Shown here piece by piece: positions 9,371-18,276 of a stretch of 64,000 nucleotides of DNA. This DNA is from an uncultured Gammaproteobacteria bacterium (GTDB lineage: Bacteria; Pseudomonadota; Gammaproteobacteria; JABDGN01), in assembly GCA_963975985.1 (NCBI GenBank), contig CAXBIY010000001.1, positions 179,020 to 243,019 of the forward strand. The letters run 5' to 3'. The notes below the pieces were generated by a model. The model searched no databases and was not told where the DNA came from. It saw nothing but the letters and a program-made list of their open reading frames with translations. Both the position numbers and the translations under genes were made by a program. How positions within the stretch are numbered: position 1 is the first letter of the stretch; every line of letters starts with the position of its first letter.

Positions 9371-9515
9371 GTTAGCTTGTTAAAGTTTGATTGGTCGAGT
9401 TGTCTAGCGTAAGATTGCCCTGCAACCCGCTGGCTTACAGCATGTAAGTCGCTGCAAAATCACGAACCAAAAAGGTTCGTCATAGAATAAAGGTAAGTGT
9501 TTTCACGATAGGTTT

Positions 9516-9971
9516 ATGATGTTAAATGTTGTACAAAATATTACTGCACACTACAGACAAGCTATCCTGATATTGCTGGCAAGCCTACTGTTTTCCGTGG
9601 GTGCTTATGCCGATACCAAGACACAAATTGAACAAAATATCGCCCCTTTAGCAAAATCACACCTTTCGGGAAAAAAAATTCAAGCGCGTGTGGTTAAAAA
9701 GCTGAGCCTCAAAGAGCAATTAGCGTTGGGTAAAAAGATCTATGTTCGCCGTTGTTCGTTTTGTCATGCCAGCGGTTCAGCCGGGGCACCAAAGGTCAAA
9801 GACACCGCCGATTGGCAGCTACGTGATAAAAAAGGCATGAAGCTGTTACTCGAACACGTTACCAAAGGTTACAACATGATGCCACCAAAAGGCACCTGTA
9901 TGAGTTGCGACCAACAAGAATTGCAGTCTGCAATTCTATATATGATGCAGTTGAGTGGTGTGAAACATTAG
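9516..9971 (+). CDS. Mono-haem c-type cytochrome (class I) with signal peptide
   Basis: CSFCH haem-binding motif, N-terminal signal peptide, distal MMPPKG methionine region. Confidence 0.75.
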   Translation: MMLNVVQNITAHYRQAILILLASLLFSVGAYADTKTQIEQNIAPLAKSHLSGKKIQARVVKKLSLKEQLALGKKIYVRRCSFCHASGSAGAPKVKDTADWQLRDKKGMKLLLEHVTKGYNMMPPKGTCMSCDQQELQSAILYMMQLSGVKH

Positions 9972-9974
9972 TCC

Positions 9975-10128
9975 CTTCGCCCCGCGGCTTGAGCGCGGGA
10001 TCCAGAAGATGTTAGCTATTTTATTTTCCTGGATTCCGTGGTCAAGCCACGGAATGACGTGTTCATTCAGTATTTGTTATGTCGTTCTAACATGTACCGT
10101 CATCCCGCGGCTTGACCGCGGGATCCAG
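9975..10128. repeat. Cluster of three ~30-bp REP-like hairpin units in alternating orientation (BIME-like)
   Basis: Units at 9975-10005, 10029-10059 (inverted variant CTGGATTCCGTGGTCAAGCCACGGAATGACG) and 10099-10128 (GTCATCCCGCGGCTTGACCGCGGGATCCAG). Confidence 0.85.
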
Positions 10129-10135
10129 AGTATCG

Positions 10136-10429
10136 TTAGCCTAGAATACTTTCATATAAATCATTCCAGCTTGGATTGGTTTTTTCAATGAGGGTAACTT
10201 TCCATTGTCGCTTCCACTCTTTTAATCGCTTCTCGCGATGGATTGCACTTTCAGCATTGTCGTGTGATTCATAATACACGAGGTTTTTTACGGCATACTG
10301 CTTGGTAAAACCATCGACTACCGATTGCTTATGTTGCCATATACGTTTTATTAAATTAGATGTCACTCCGATATATATAGTGCCATTTTTTTTACTTGCG
10401 AGGATGTATACAAAAAATCTTTTATCCAT
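10136..10429 (-). CDS. Small GIY-YIG nuclease-superfamily protein (UPF0213/YhbQ-like)
   Basis: FFVYILASKKNGTIYIGVTSNLIKRIWQHK GIY-YIG motif; start set at MDKR because the upstream 18 codons are translation of a REP unit. Confidence 0.75.
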   Translation of the reverse strand: MDKRFFVYILASKKNGTIYIGVTSNLIKRIWQHKQSVVDGFTKQYAVKNLVYYESHDNAESAIHREKRLKEWKRQWKVTLIEKTNPSWNDLYESILG

Positions 10430-10438
10430 ATTATTCTC

Positions 10439-10621
10439 CTGGATTCCGTGGTCAAGCCACGGAATGACGGGGTTGTTTGTCATCCCGCGGCATGACGAGG
10501 TTGATTCAGTATTGGTTAGGTCGTCCCAATATGTATCGTCATCCCGCGGCTTGACCGCGGGATCCAGAGCTGGTTAGCTATTCTGTTTACTTGGATTCTG
10601 TGGTCAAGCCACGGAATGACG
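10439..10621. repeat. Cluster of four REP-like units (two full, one truncated, one variant)
   Basis: Units at 10439-10469, 10479-10500 (truncated), 10538-10567 and 10592-10621. Confidence 0.85.
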
Positions 10622-10696
10622 GTGCTAGGTCGAAAAATGACGGTGCTCATTTAGTATATGTTTCATTACGCCGCGACAGTACATCGTTTGCCCAAG

Positions 10697-12211
10697 CTAA
10701 TCCCGATCCAATCGTCGGTAATTAATGGCTTCACTCAAATGTGTGAGTTCAATTTTATCTTTACCCGCTAAATCAGCAATCGTCCTCGCGACTTTTAAAA
10801 TACGGTGATACGCGCGAGCAGAAAAATTTAATTGCTCAATGGTATCGTGCAAAAAATCTTGTTCAGTTGAGCCTAACTGACAGACTGTATCTAACTGTTT
10901 GCCCATCAGTGCCGCGTTTACTTTTTTATTGCGCTGCAGCTGCACGTTATGTGCCGCGATAACGCGCTCGCGTACCGTTGTACTATCTTCTGGTGTTTCA
11001 TCATGCAGTGTGCGAAAAAAATCTTTCGGTAAAGGCGGCACTTCAACTTGCATATCAATGCGATCTAAAAACGGGCCTGATAACCGTGCGCGATAACGTT
11101 GCACTTGTTCTTGCGTGCAACGGCAGGCTTTTTTGGGGTCGCTCATATAACCACAGGGGCAAGGGTTCATCGCCGCTATCAATTGAAAGTTAGCGGGGAA
11201 ATCGACTTGTCGTGCGGCGCGTGAAATCGTAATGGTTTTTGATTCCAACGGTTCGCGTAAACTTTCTAACACTTGGCGCGTAAACTCGGGTAGTTCATCC
11301 AAAAACAACACGCCGTTATGTGCCAATGAAATTTCTCCCGGTCGTGGTGGTGAGCCGCCGCCGACTAAAGCCACGCTTGATGCCGTATGATGCGGCGATC
11401 GAAATGGCCGTTGTTGCCAATGCTTCAGATCAAACCCCCGTAAACTAATCGATTGCACCGCGGCAATTTCTAATGCTTCTTGCGTCGAAATCGTCGGCAT
11501 AATGCTGGGCATGCGTGAAGCGAGCATGGTTTTTCCCGTGCCGGGTGAGCCCATCAACAATAGGCTATGACCACCACTGGCTGCAATTTCTAGCGCACGT
11601 CGCGCTTGGTATTGGCCTTTCACTTCGGCTAAATCTTTATCGTGTATTTGTGAGCTGGGTAATGTGGTGTGATCAAATAAGCCTAAGCGTTGTTGGCCAT
11701 TCAAATGCGCACTGACTTCAAGAAGATGCTCGGCGGGAAAAATCTCCAAGCCTTCAATTAAACTCGCTTCCGCTGCATTGCCTTTCGGCACAATGAGTTT
11801 GCGCCCCGCATTTTTGGTTTCCATCGCAAACGGTAAAATACCTTTAATCGCCCGCAATTCACCGGATAATGCTAACTCACCGGCAAACTCATACTCGCGC
11901 ACGCTAGCCAATGGCACTTGTTCCATGGCACTTAAAATGCCCAGTGCAATGGGCAAATCAAACCGCCCACCTTCTTTCGGTGTATCTGCCGGTGCTAAAT
12001 TAACCGTAATACGTCGACGCGGAAATTCAAACTGCGAATTCATCATCGCACTGCGCACGCGCTCACGACTTTCTTTCACCGCTGTTTCCGGCAATCCGAC
12101 AATCGAAAACCCCGGCAGCCCGCCGGTCAAATGTGTTTCCACCGTCACATACGGTGATTGAATACCATTTTGCCCACGTGTGTGAACAATGGAAAGTGAT
12201 AAAGTCGACAT
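10697..12211 (-). CDS. yifB: YifB/ComM-family Mg-chelatase-like AAA+ ATPase
   Basis: Lon-protease-like N-terminal domain, LLMGSPGTGKTM Walker A, C-terminal ChlI-like region, 504 aa. Confidence 0.85.
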   Translation of the reverse strand: MSTLSLSIVHTRGQNGIQSPYVTVETHLTGGLPGFSIVGLPETAVKESRERVRSAMMNSQFEFPRRRITVNLAPADTPKEGGRFDLPIALGILSAMEQVPLASVREYEFAGELALSGELRAIKGILPFAMETKNAGRKLIVPKGNAAEASLIEGLEIFPAEHLLEVSAHLNGQQRLGLFDHTTLPSSQIHDKDLAEVKGQYQARRALEIAASGGHSLLLMGSPGTGKTMLASRMPSIMPTISTQEALEIAAVQSISLRGFDLKHWQQRPFRSPHHTASSVALVGGGSPPRPGEISLAHNGVLFLDELPEFTRQVLESLREPLESKTITISRAARQVDFPANFQLIAAMNPCPCGYMSDPKKACRCTQEQVQRYRARLSGPFLDRIDMQVEVPPLPKDFFRTLHDETPEDSTTVRERVIAAHNVQLQRNKKVNAALMGKQLDTVCQLGSTEQDFLHDTIEQLNFSARAYHRILKVARTIADLAGKDKIELTHLSEAINYRRLDRD

Positions 12212-12276
12212 GGTTTTCCCTCAATTAATTATAATATTTGAGGGGCGCTGGTTTTATTTGGGTTAAGAGTAGTTGA

Positions 12277-12510
12277 TTATGATTTATTGGCAAGTTGTTT
12301 TTCTAGCTGATCAAGCTTTTCACGGCTGCGCTTAAGCACCTTGGTTTGGGTATCAAACTCTTCACGCGTTACCAGATCAAGTTTGCTAAGCTGTGATTCT
12401 AAAACTGATTTAAAGTTTTTATGGATATCGTCACGCACACCCTTCATGCCAGGCGGCAGGCTATCGGCGAGTTTTTGGGCAATGTCGGAGAATATCTTGC
12501 TATCTATCAT
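12277..12510 (-). CDS. ubiK: UbiK/YqiC-family (BMFP) ubiquinone biosynthesis accessory factor
   Basis: MIDSKIFSDIAQKLADSLPPGMKGVRDDIHKN...LDLVTREEFDTQTKVL is nearly collinear with E. coli YqiC. Confidence 0.7.
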   Translation of the reverse strand: MIDSKIFSDIAQKLADSLPPGMKGVRDDIHKNFKSVLESQLSKLDLVTREEFDTQTKVLKRSREKLDQLEKQLANKS

Positions 12511-12580
12511 GAGGGGATTATACCCCCATTTCGTCCCAAGATGCTATGATGCTCTCAAGCATTATCAGGGAGTTTGCCGC

Positions 12581-13474
12581 ATGTTGAGTTTTTTACCCAA
12601 GCCGTTGATAGGTATTTTTGCTGTCTTTTGTTATATCGTGTTATTTGTCGGTTTATCGATTTATATTTTCGCCATTGCGCCGGTTAAATTCATTGTGCCC
12701 ATGCGCGGTTGGCAAAATCATTTTACAGCTTGGTATCGCTTAACGCCGCGTATTTGGACGAGTGTCAGCAATTTCATTATGCGCCTCACCACGAAAACCA
12801 AGTGGGACATTCAAGTGAGTGGTTCATTCGATAAATTAAAATCGTATATCGTGATGTCAAATCATATCAGTTGGATGGATATTGCTGTGGTGCAACGTGC
12901 GATTAATAAAGTCTCACCTCCGGCTGTTTATTTCATGAAACAACAACTTATTTGGATGCCTTTTGTCGGTTGGGCCTGTTGGTTGATGGGTTTTCCCTTT
13001 ATGCGTCGGCATAAGAAAAGTTATATTGCTAAGCACCCTGAAAAAGCCGGGCAAGATATGGCAACCACTAAAAAATCTTGCGAAAAATACCGTGATTTTC
13101 CGGTGACATTGGTCAACTTCACAGAGGGCACGCGCCGAACCAAAGCCAAACACGATGCTCAGCAATCGCCTTATAAACATTTATTAAAACCTAAGTCAGG
13201 TGGCTTGGCATTTGCCTTGCAAGTGATGGGCGATCAAGTCAAAAGTTTTGTTAACGTGACGATTGTGTATCCTAATGCCAAGCTTAATATGTGGGATATG
13301 CTATGCGGTCGTGCTAAAGCCATTATCGTATATGTTGATTGCTTGCCCGTGCCCGCCGATTTGCAGGGTGGTGACTACCGACAAGACAGAGATTACCGTT
13401 GTCGTTTTCAAGCCTGGCTGAATGGTGTTTGGGAAGCAAAAGATAACTTGATTGATAGTCTTTTAGCGAAATAA
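12581..13474 (+). CDS. PlsC-family acyltransferase (YihG-like lysophospholipid acyltransferase)
   Basis: H(X4)D motif NHISWMD and FTEGTRR motif; start set at ATG 12581 because the ORF-track start overlaps ubiK antisense. Confidence 0.65.
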   Translation: MLSFLPKPLIGIFAVFCYIVLFVGLSIYIFAIAPVKFIVPMRGWQNHFTAWYRLTPRIWTSVSNFIMRLTTKTKWDIQVSGSFDKLKSYIVMSNHISWMDIAVVQRAINKVSPPAVYFMKQQLIWMPFVGWACWLMGFPFMRRHKKSYIAKHPEKAGQDMATTKKSCEKYRDFPVTLVNFTEGTRRTKAKHDAQQSPYKHLLKPKSGGLAFALQVMGDQVKSFVNVTIVYPNAKLNMWDMLCGRAKAIIVYVDCLPVPADLQGGDYRQDRDYRCRFQAWLNGVWEAKDNLIDSLLAK

Positions 13475-13705
13475 AAATTAATTGCTTCCAGATGTAAATT
13501 GAGAGGTTAAGTATAGACGGCGATTGGATTTTTGAGCCAATTTTGCTAATAAACAGAGGGGAAACAATTCTAATTTTATTTGGTTAGAGGTCGATGGTAT
13601 TTTGCTCCAGCCACTTTGACCAAGAGATTTTTTTGAGATGGATAAACTGTTTGAGCATGTGTGGTCACAAGGAACAGTAAAATGGAGCTATTACTATACC
13701 CTAAT

Positions 13706-14308
13706 TCAAAACCACCCCGACTCACTAAATTGGCCCTGGCACTTAATTAATTGCTCGTGATACGTCATGGCCAAGGCCGACACGTGATGGGCGACTTTAA
13801 CCAGCCAAGGTTTATTCAAATATGTTTTTTCATGATAGCCTTCAATGCCTTCATGGTAAGCCAGATATAAATAAAACGTTTCATTACTAGGAATGCCGAG
13901 CTTCACATGGGCCTCATGCGCATACCAAGCGACAAAATCGGCAGAATCATCAAACTCACTACGTGAGGCGGCATAATTGCCTGACGCGCGGCGATAAACA
14001 TCCCAAGTCGCATCTTTCGCCTGTGCATAACCATAAGCACTAGATGAACGAAACCAAGGGATGATGCCAAAAATATGTGGGCGTGCGGGTTGAATGGTGG
14101 CATAAAAATTTGATTCTTGATGCATGATGGCCATCACCACATACATCGGAATGCCCCAACGCTCCTGTGATTTTTTCAACGAGCGATACCAACTCGGGTA
14201 CTCTTTGAAAATCGCGCACACATCATTTGCATGCTCCGGCCGCGTCGTCGTGCAAGCGGTTAAGAACAGGAATGAAAGCAAGCTGATGAGGATAATAAGG
14301 CTGCGCAT
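13706..14308 (-). CDS. Lipoprotein with lytic-transglycosylase-like (SLT family 1) motifs
   Basis: Lipobox LTAC after a signal peptide (start taken at MRSL); HQESNF and WDVYRR resemble MltE motifs. Confidence 0.45.
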   Translation of the reverse strand: MRSLIILISLLSFLFLTACTTTRPEHANDVCAIFKEYPSWYRSLKKSQERWGIPMYVVMAIMHQESNFYATIQPARPHIFGIIPWFRSSSAYGYAQAKDATWDVYRRASGNYAASRSEFDDSADFVAWYAHEAHVKLGIPSNETFYLYLAYHEGIEGYHEKTYLNKPWLVKVAHHVSALAMTYHEQLIKCQGQFSESGWF

Positions 14309-14324
14309 GGATGGATAATAGCAA

Positions 14325-15566
14325 TCACTCAATCGTTTGTCGATGACCGTCAGGCTTCCAAGCGGGGGCGATGACATTGGCGCCGATGTCTTGGTCGATC
14401 AGTCTTGCAGGTTTTATCGCGTCTTTGCCAAATAAGTCGTTAATATCATCGACGGTGATGTCGAGTTGTGAGCGTTGCTTCGCCTCATTATCATCAAAAA
14501 ACAAATCGCTTTGTAAATTTTCCGGTTGTGGGTCGAGCGCGGTGATTTGTACTTGGCAAATCGGTTCGCCTTGCCAAATGTCGGGTAAGTTTTTTTTGCA
14601 GAGTTTGAAAAGCAAACGATTACTGTTCGAGGGCTGAATTAAGTGTGCACGCACAGCGAACCAACCTAGGCGATAATTTTTTATGCCGATATAAAACGTT
14701 TGCGCTTGCATGTGATTTTTGCGTAAGCGTTTACACAGTTTTTCACTCATGTGCATGAAGTAGGTCAAAATGGTTTCGCGATCATCAGTGTTGGGTGGCA
14801 CGACTTTGCCATGGCCCATTGACTTGGGTGCATTGATGGTAGATTTAACGGAGTCAGGATCCATGCCTTGACACATGTACCACATGCGTCGTCCCCAATT
14901 GCCAAAGCGTTTGGCAATCACGCCGATAGGCACTTTTTCCATGTCGCCACAATTAACAATGCCATAGCGTAATAAAAATGTCGCGGTGCGTTTGCCAATG
15001 CCACAGAGCTCTTGCACGGGCACATTCGCTAAACGTTGTTTGGCTTGCCAAGGTAGAATAATAGTTAAGCCATCCGGCTTTTGTAATTTAGCGGCATATT
15101 TTGCTGTGGTTTTGTCACCACTTAATCCTACCGAGCACGGTAAGCCACAGGCCTCCCAAACGGTTTGTTTGGCTAGGCGGGCAATGGTTTCGGGTGTGCC
15201 AAGTAATTTTTGACAGCGGGTGACATCGAGAAACGCTTCGTCGACGGAAAATATTTCAATGTCAGGCGTTACATTCTGCAAGCTTTGCATAATGGTTCTT
15301 GAAATTAAAGCGTAACGAGATGGCTGCGCGGGCACAACTATCAATTCCTTGCAGAGCTTCCTTGCTTCGCGTAATCGCATCCCTGTGTGAATGCCAAATT
15401 CCCTGGCTTCATAAGAGCTGGTGATAATGCAAGTGCCTTGCTCGCCATTCGTTACGGCAACGGGTTTCCCTTGTAGTTCTGGTTTTTGTTGTTGTTCCAC
15501 CGACGCGAAAAAAGCATTCATGTCGAGGTGGATAATGGCGCGAGGCCAGTGTTTGTTATTATTCAT
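14325..15566 (-). CDS. dinB: DNA polymerase IV (Y-family)
   Basis: IIHLDMNAFFASVE catalytic start, little-finger region, 413 aa with C-terminal extension; RBS GGAGAAGG. Confidence 0.85.
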   Translation of the reverse strand: MNNNKHWPRAIIHLDMNAFFASVEQQQKPELQGKPVAVTNGEQGTCIITSSYEAREFGIHTGMRLREARKLCKELIVVPAQPSRYALISRTIMQSLQNVTPDIEIFSVDEAFLDVTRCQKLLGTPETIARLAKQTVWEACGLPCSVGLSGDKTTAKYAAKLQKPDGLTIILPWQAKQRLANVPVQELCGIGKRTATFLLRYGIVNCGDMEKVPIGVIAKRFGNWGRRMWYMCQGMDPDSVKSTINAPKSMGHGKVVPPNTDDRETILTYFMHMSEKLCKRLRKNHMQAQTFYIGIKNYRLGWFAVRAHLIQPSNSNRLLFKLCKKNLPDIWQGEPICQVQITALDPQPENLQSDLFFDDNEAKQRSQLDITVDDINDLFGKDAIKPARLIDQDIGANVIAPAWKPDGHRQTIE

Positions 15567-15580
15567 GTTTTTTCCTTCTC

Positions 15581-15750
15581 CCCTTGAGGGGCTTTGTTGA
15601 ATAAATCAACTTTTTCAGCTTCGTCATCCCGCGGCTTGACCGCGGGATCCAGTAACTCATTGATTTTTCTGGATCCCGCGGTCAAGCCGCGGGATGACGT
15701 GCTGTAAAGTTGTATAAAAGCTGATTTATTCAACAAAGCCCCTCAAGAGG
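15581..15750. repeat. Composite MITE-like element: outer inverted arms CCTTGAGGGGCTTTGTTGAATAAATCAA flanking two inverted REP units
   Basis: Arms 15581-15608 and 15722-15750 are reverse complements; REP units at 15623-15652 and 15669-15699; a related copy lies at 63850-63956. Confidence 0.8.
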
Positions 15751-15923
15751 GAAAGAGAATATAGGTCACTTCTTGTTATGGAATTCATATTCTCGTAAAT
15801 ACTGCCTAGGCCCAACACGCCCCACTTGAAAATCAAAATGGATGCGGTGTGATAACCACCGAAAGTTTAAGTCAAATGTAGTCTGCATGATGTCTCCTCC
15901 TTGTTTGTGCTTCATCTTCATTT

Positions 15924-16517
15924 CTATTCGAATCGAAATAATCCTTTATAAATCGCAATCACCTTAACGCGCTCTTCATCAAACACCATGGGTGAATAAG
16001 CTGCGTTTGCGGGGAACAAACTGACGGAACCATCTTCATTATGGTAGTAACGTTTTAGCGTAGCTTCTTCATTGTCGACCATCGCGACGACAATTTGGCC
16101 ATTGCTGGCATCTTCGGTTTTTTCGCAAATCACATAATCGCCATCAAAGATGCCTTCATTGATCATGGAGTTGCCTTTCACTTTTAATAAAAACCGACGG
16201 CGTCCCATGATTTGTGCACCGAGATCAAAAATGGCATCATCTTCCACTGCTTCGATTGGCAAGCCGGCAGCAATTTTGCCCATTAAAGGTAAGGCAAAAG
16301 CCGTGTCATTATCCGCCAAGCGAATGTTACGACGTTTGCCCGGAATGGTTTCTAATAAGCCTTCATCGACCAATGCACTCACATAGCGATGCACCACCCC
16401 GCGGGATTTAATGCCAATGCCTTCCGCAATTTCGGCCTCAGTGGGGGCAAGGTCATGCTTGCGCAGATATGATCGAATAAAGCGGTACACTTCATCTTGT
16501 TTGGGGGTTAGCGTCAT
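15924..16517 (-). CDS. lexA: LexA repressor (S24 peptidase)
   Basis: N-terminal winged HTH, cleavage-site AG and GNSM...K catalytic dyad; start chosen at MTLTPKQ. Confidence 0.85.
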   Translation of the reverse strand: MTLTPKQDEVYRFIRSYLRKHDLAPTEAEIAEGIGIKSRGVVHRYVSALVDEGLLETIPGKRRNIRLADNDTAFALPLMGKIAAGLPIEAVEDDAIFDLGAQIMGRRRFLLKVKGNSMINEGIFDGDYVICEKTEDASNGQIVVAMVDNEEATLKRYYHNEDGSVSLFPANAAYSPMVFDEERVKVIAIYKGLFRFE

Positions 16518-16680
16518 GTTTGAACTCCTTTTGCTCTCGTTTAGAAGCATTATAGGGGACAAAGAGAGGTCAAACAAGCGCTTTTGATTGTTATTTCATG
16601 CTATTTTAAAAAGCTAAAACAATTAGCATGTTGTTATATTTTGCCTATATTTTTGGGTGTTATTTACTCAAGGAGGAGTG

Positions 16681-16770
16681 ATGGAAAAACTTTCGAAGTC
16701 GACCAACCTTCAGGTCCTGATAATAACCCTTACCTTGGTGGTTAATTTAACGCAAGCGCTGATTGATTAG
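16681..16770 (+). CDS. 29-aa hydrophobic peptide (MEKLSKSTNLQVLIITLTLVVNLTQALID) with a strong Shine-Dalgarno sequence; candidate small membrane or toxic peptide
   Basis: AAGGAGG five nt upstream of the ATG; one predicted TM segment; divergent from lexA. Confidence 0.3.
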   Translation: MEKLSKSTNLQVLIITLTLVVNLTQALID

Positions 16771-16791
16771 AGATAGCTGTGGTTGATGTAG

Positions 16792-18027
16792 CTATTTAAG
16801 CTTAGATAAGCGATGAGCAGTTTGTAAAACCTCTGCTTGTGCAATAACGGCATCCGCCATATTGATGGGTAGTGGTATCGGTAGCGTTTTTAATGAAGCA
16901 TATAAGCTTTTAACTCTATCAAAATCGCCTTGCTTATGTAAGTCAAAGGCGATTGTTTCTGCTTTTTTAATTTGTTCATTGGTTGCTGGCAGTAACAAGT
17001 ATGTAAAGAGAATGTAACAAGCATCAACCCATGCTGATTCTCGTTCTTTTTTAGAAAAAATTCTTTTATAGGTTGAATAAATATTTTCAACATTCTGAAT
17101 GCAAATATCAGCAACGCTTTGCCAGCCCTTGTCCTTGATGAGCAGTAATTGCATGGGTGAGCAGACAAAGTAGGCGAAAATATAATGCTCGATGACACGT
17201 TGGTAACGCTTGGTTGATTTTTCAGTATTTAACAAACCGTAATGATGGTTTGCAATTAAAATTAACATACGCGCATCACCTGAATCTTCCATGTTATTCA
17301 AATAAGTGGTTTTCATTGCTGGCGTCGTACTAGGGTCAATAAACTGGGTATAGAAATAATCAGGATAGGAATATTTAATAGCTAGTGCGGCATCGTCGGT
17401 GGTTATGTCTAGTGCGTCTGGGAATGTTTTGTTTTTGAGTGATTTATAGTATTTCGCGAAACGATTATAGGAGAATTTAGCCCCTGGAAAATCTAACTGA
17501 CTTGCCATATGAATGCTTTCTAACGCTTCATTGATTGCGTTTTTTAATGTTCTTGTATCTCGACGGCTATTTTGATCAAATTGCAACAAAAACAAGCCTA
17601 AATAATAACAAGCAGCTTTGTGGCCTGTTTTAGCCACTGAGAATAATGTGTTGTGTAATTCAGCGGGTTTAAATAATTCCGCTACGTACATGGTTGTCAT
17701 CGCGTGAAGAAAGATTAGTTCATTACGTGTCGCTACCGTATGTTCGTGCGTGCTACTGTCCGTCGTTTGGAAATGTGTTGAGTGAACATTGGTTTTTTCC
17801 AAGCAGCTTTTTAGAAAGCCTTCGGGGTAGCGAAAATTTAGTGCGGCAATAAAAGCAAACAATTTTGTATAGTAAACTTTAGTCGCATCTATTCTTGGCA
17901 CGTGTGATGAAGTGGGTGAGGCCGGTCTTGCCCGTGCTTGTTGTCGTAAAGTTGAATAATCGGGTGAGGCAAAATGGGTGTTTTCCATAGTGCTGCTAGT
18001 TGCGCTACTTGCAGCGGGCATATGCAT
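16792..18027 (-). CDS. Sel1-like/TPR-like eukaryotic-like protein, C-terminal 411 codons of an interrupted paralog of 18277-19791
   Basis: KTGHKAACYYLGLFLL motif; collinear with residues ~100-504 of the neighbouring paralog. Confidence 0.55.
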   Translation of the reverse strand: MHMPAASSATSSTMENTHFASPDYSTLRQQARARPASPTSSHVPRIDATKVYYTKLFAFIAALNFRYPEGFLKSCLEKTNVHSTHFQTTDSSTHEHTVATRNELIFLHAMTTMYVAELFKPAELHNTLFSVAKTGHKAACYYLGLFLLQFDQNSRRDTRTLKNAINEALESIHMASQLDFPGAKFSYNRFAKYYKSLKNKTFPDALDITTDDAALAIKYSYPDYFYTQFIDPSTTPAMKTTYLNNMEDSGDARMLILIANHHYGLLNTEKSTKRYQRVIEHYIFAYFVCSPMQLLLIKDKGWQSVADICIQNVENIYSTYKRIFSKKERESAWVDACYILFTYLLLPATNEQIKKAETIAFDLHKQGDFDRVKSLYASLKTLPIPLPINMADAVIAQAEVLQTAHRLSKLK

Positions 18028-18045
18028 TGCCTTATCAGTCGAATT

Positions 18046-18252
18046 TCATTGTAAAGTTAAACGTTGACTGCGATGTCGTGCTACTTGCTTACCTGTGTAT
18101 GTGGTGTGAAATGCCCGCGCTAAAGGCGGAGAAAACGTTGGCATAGCTGGTCCTGGCGTTGCGCTAGTCGTCAGCTCTATTGAACGTAACATTAATAGTG
18201 AGTTGACGCGAGCCACATAATCATCAATATTTTGGAACCGTTCTATTTGCAT
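18046..18252 (-). CDS. N-terminal 68 codons of the same interrupted gene, separated from 16792-18027 by a single in-frame TGA
   Basis: Same reading frame as 16792-18027; ERFQNIDDYVARVNSLLMLR matches the paralog's KHFPSTDNYRACVFKILEIRH. Confidence 0.4.
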   Translation of the reverse strand: MQIERFQNIDDYVARVNSLLMLRSIELTTSATPGPAMPTFSPPLARAFHTTYTGKQVARHRSQRLTLQ

Positions 18253-18276
18253 AAATTGTTATGGTTAGTTGGCCTG

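Noticed and set aside
10009-10577. ORF-track ORFs 10009-10191 and 10302-10577 (and similarly 21311-21889, 59838-60041, 59890-60141)
   Set aside because: They are translations of REP-like repeat units (recurrent SWIPWSSHGMT / IPRLDRGIQ peptides) or antisense to real genes, so they are not genes.
9975-10621. Possible CRISPR array, because of short repeats with spacers
   Set aside because: The repeats alternate in orientation, the spacers are of irregular length (20-70 bp), and the same units occur dispersed singly. This is REP/BIME behaviour, not CRISPR.
12341-12580. N-terminal 80 codons of ORF 12341-13474
   Set aside because: They overlap ubiK in antisense; the acyltransferase more plausibly starts at ATG 12581 (MLSFLPKPL).
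15567-16700. LexA operators upstream of dinB and lexA
   Set aside because: No CTGT-N8-ACAG or GAAC-N4-GTTC match found by eye, so no operator is reported.
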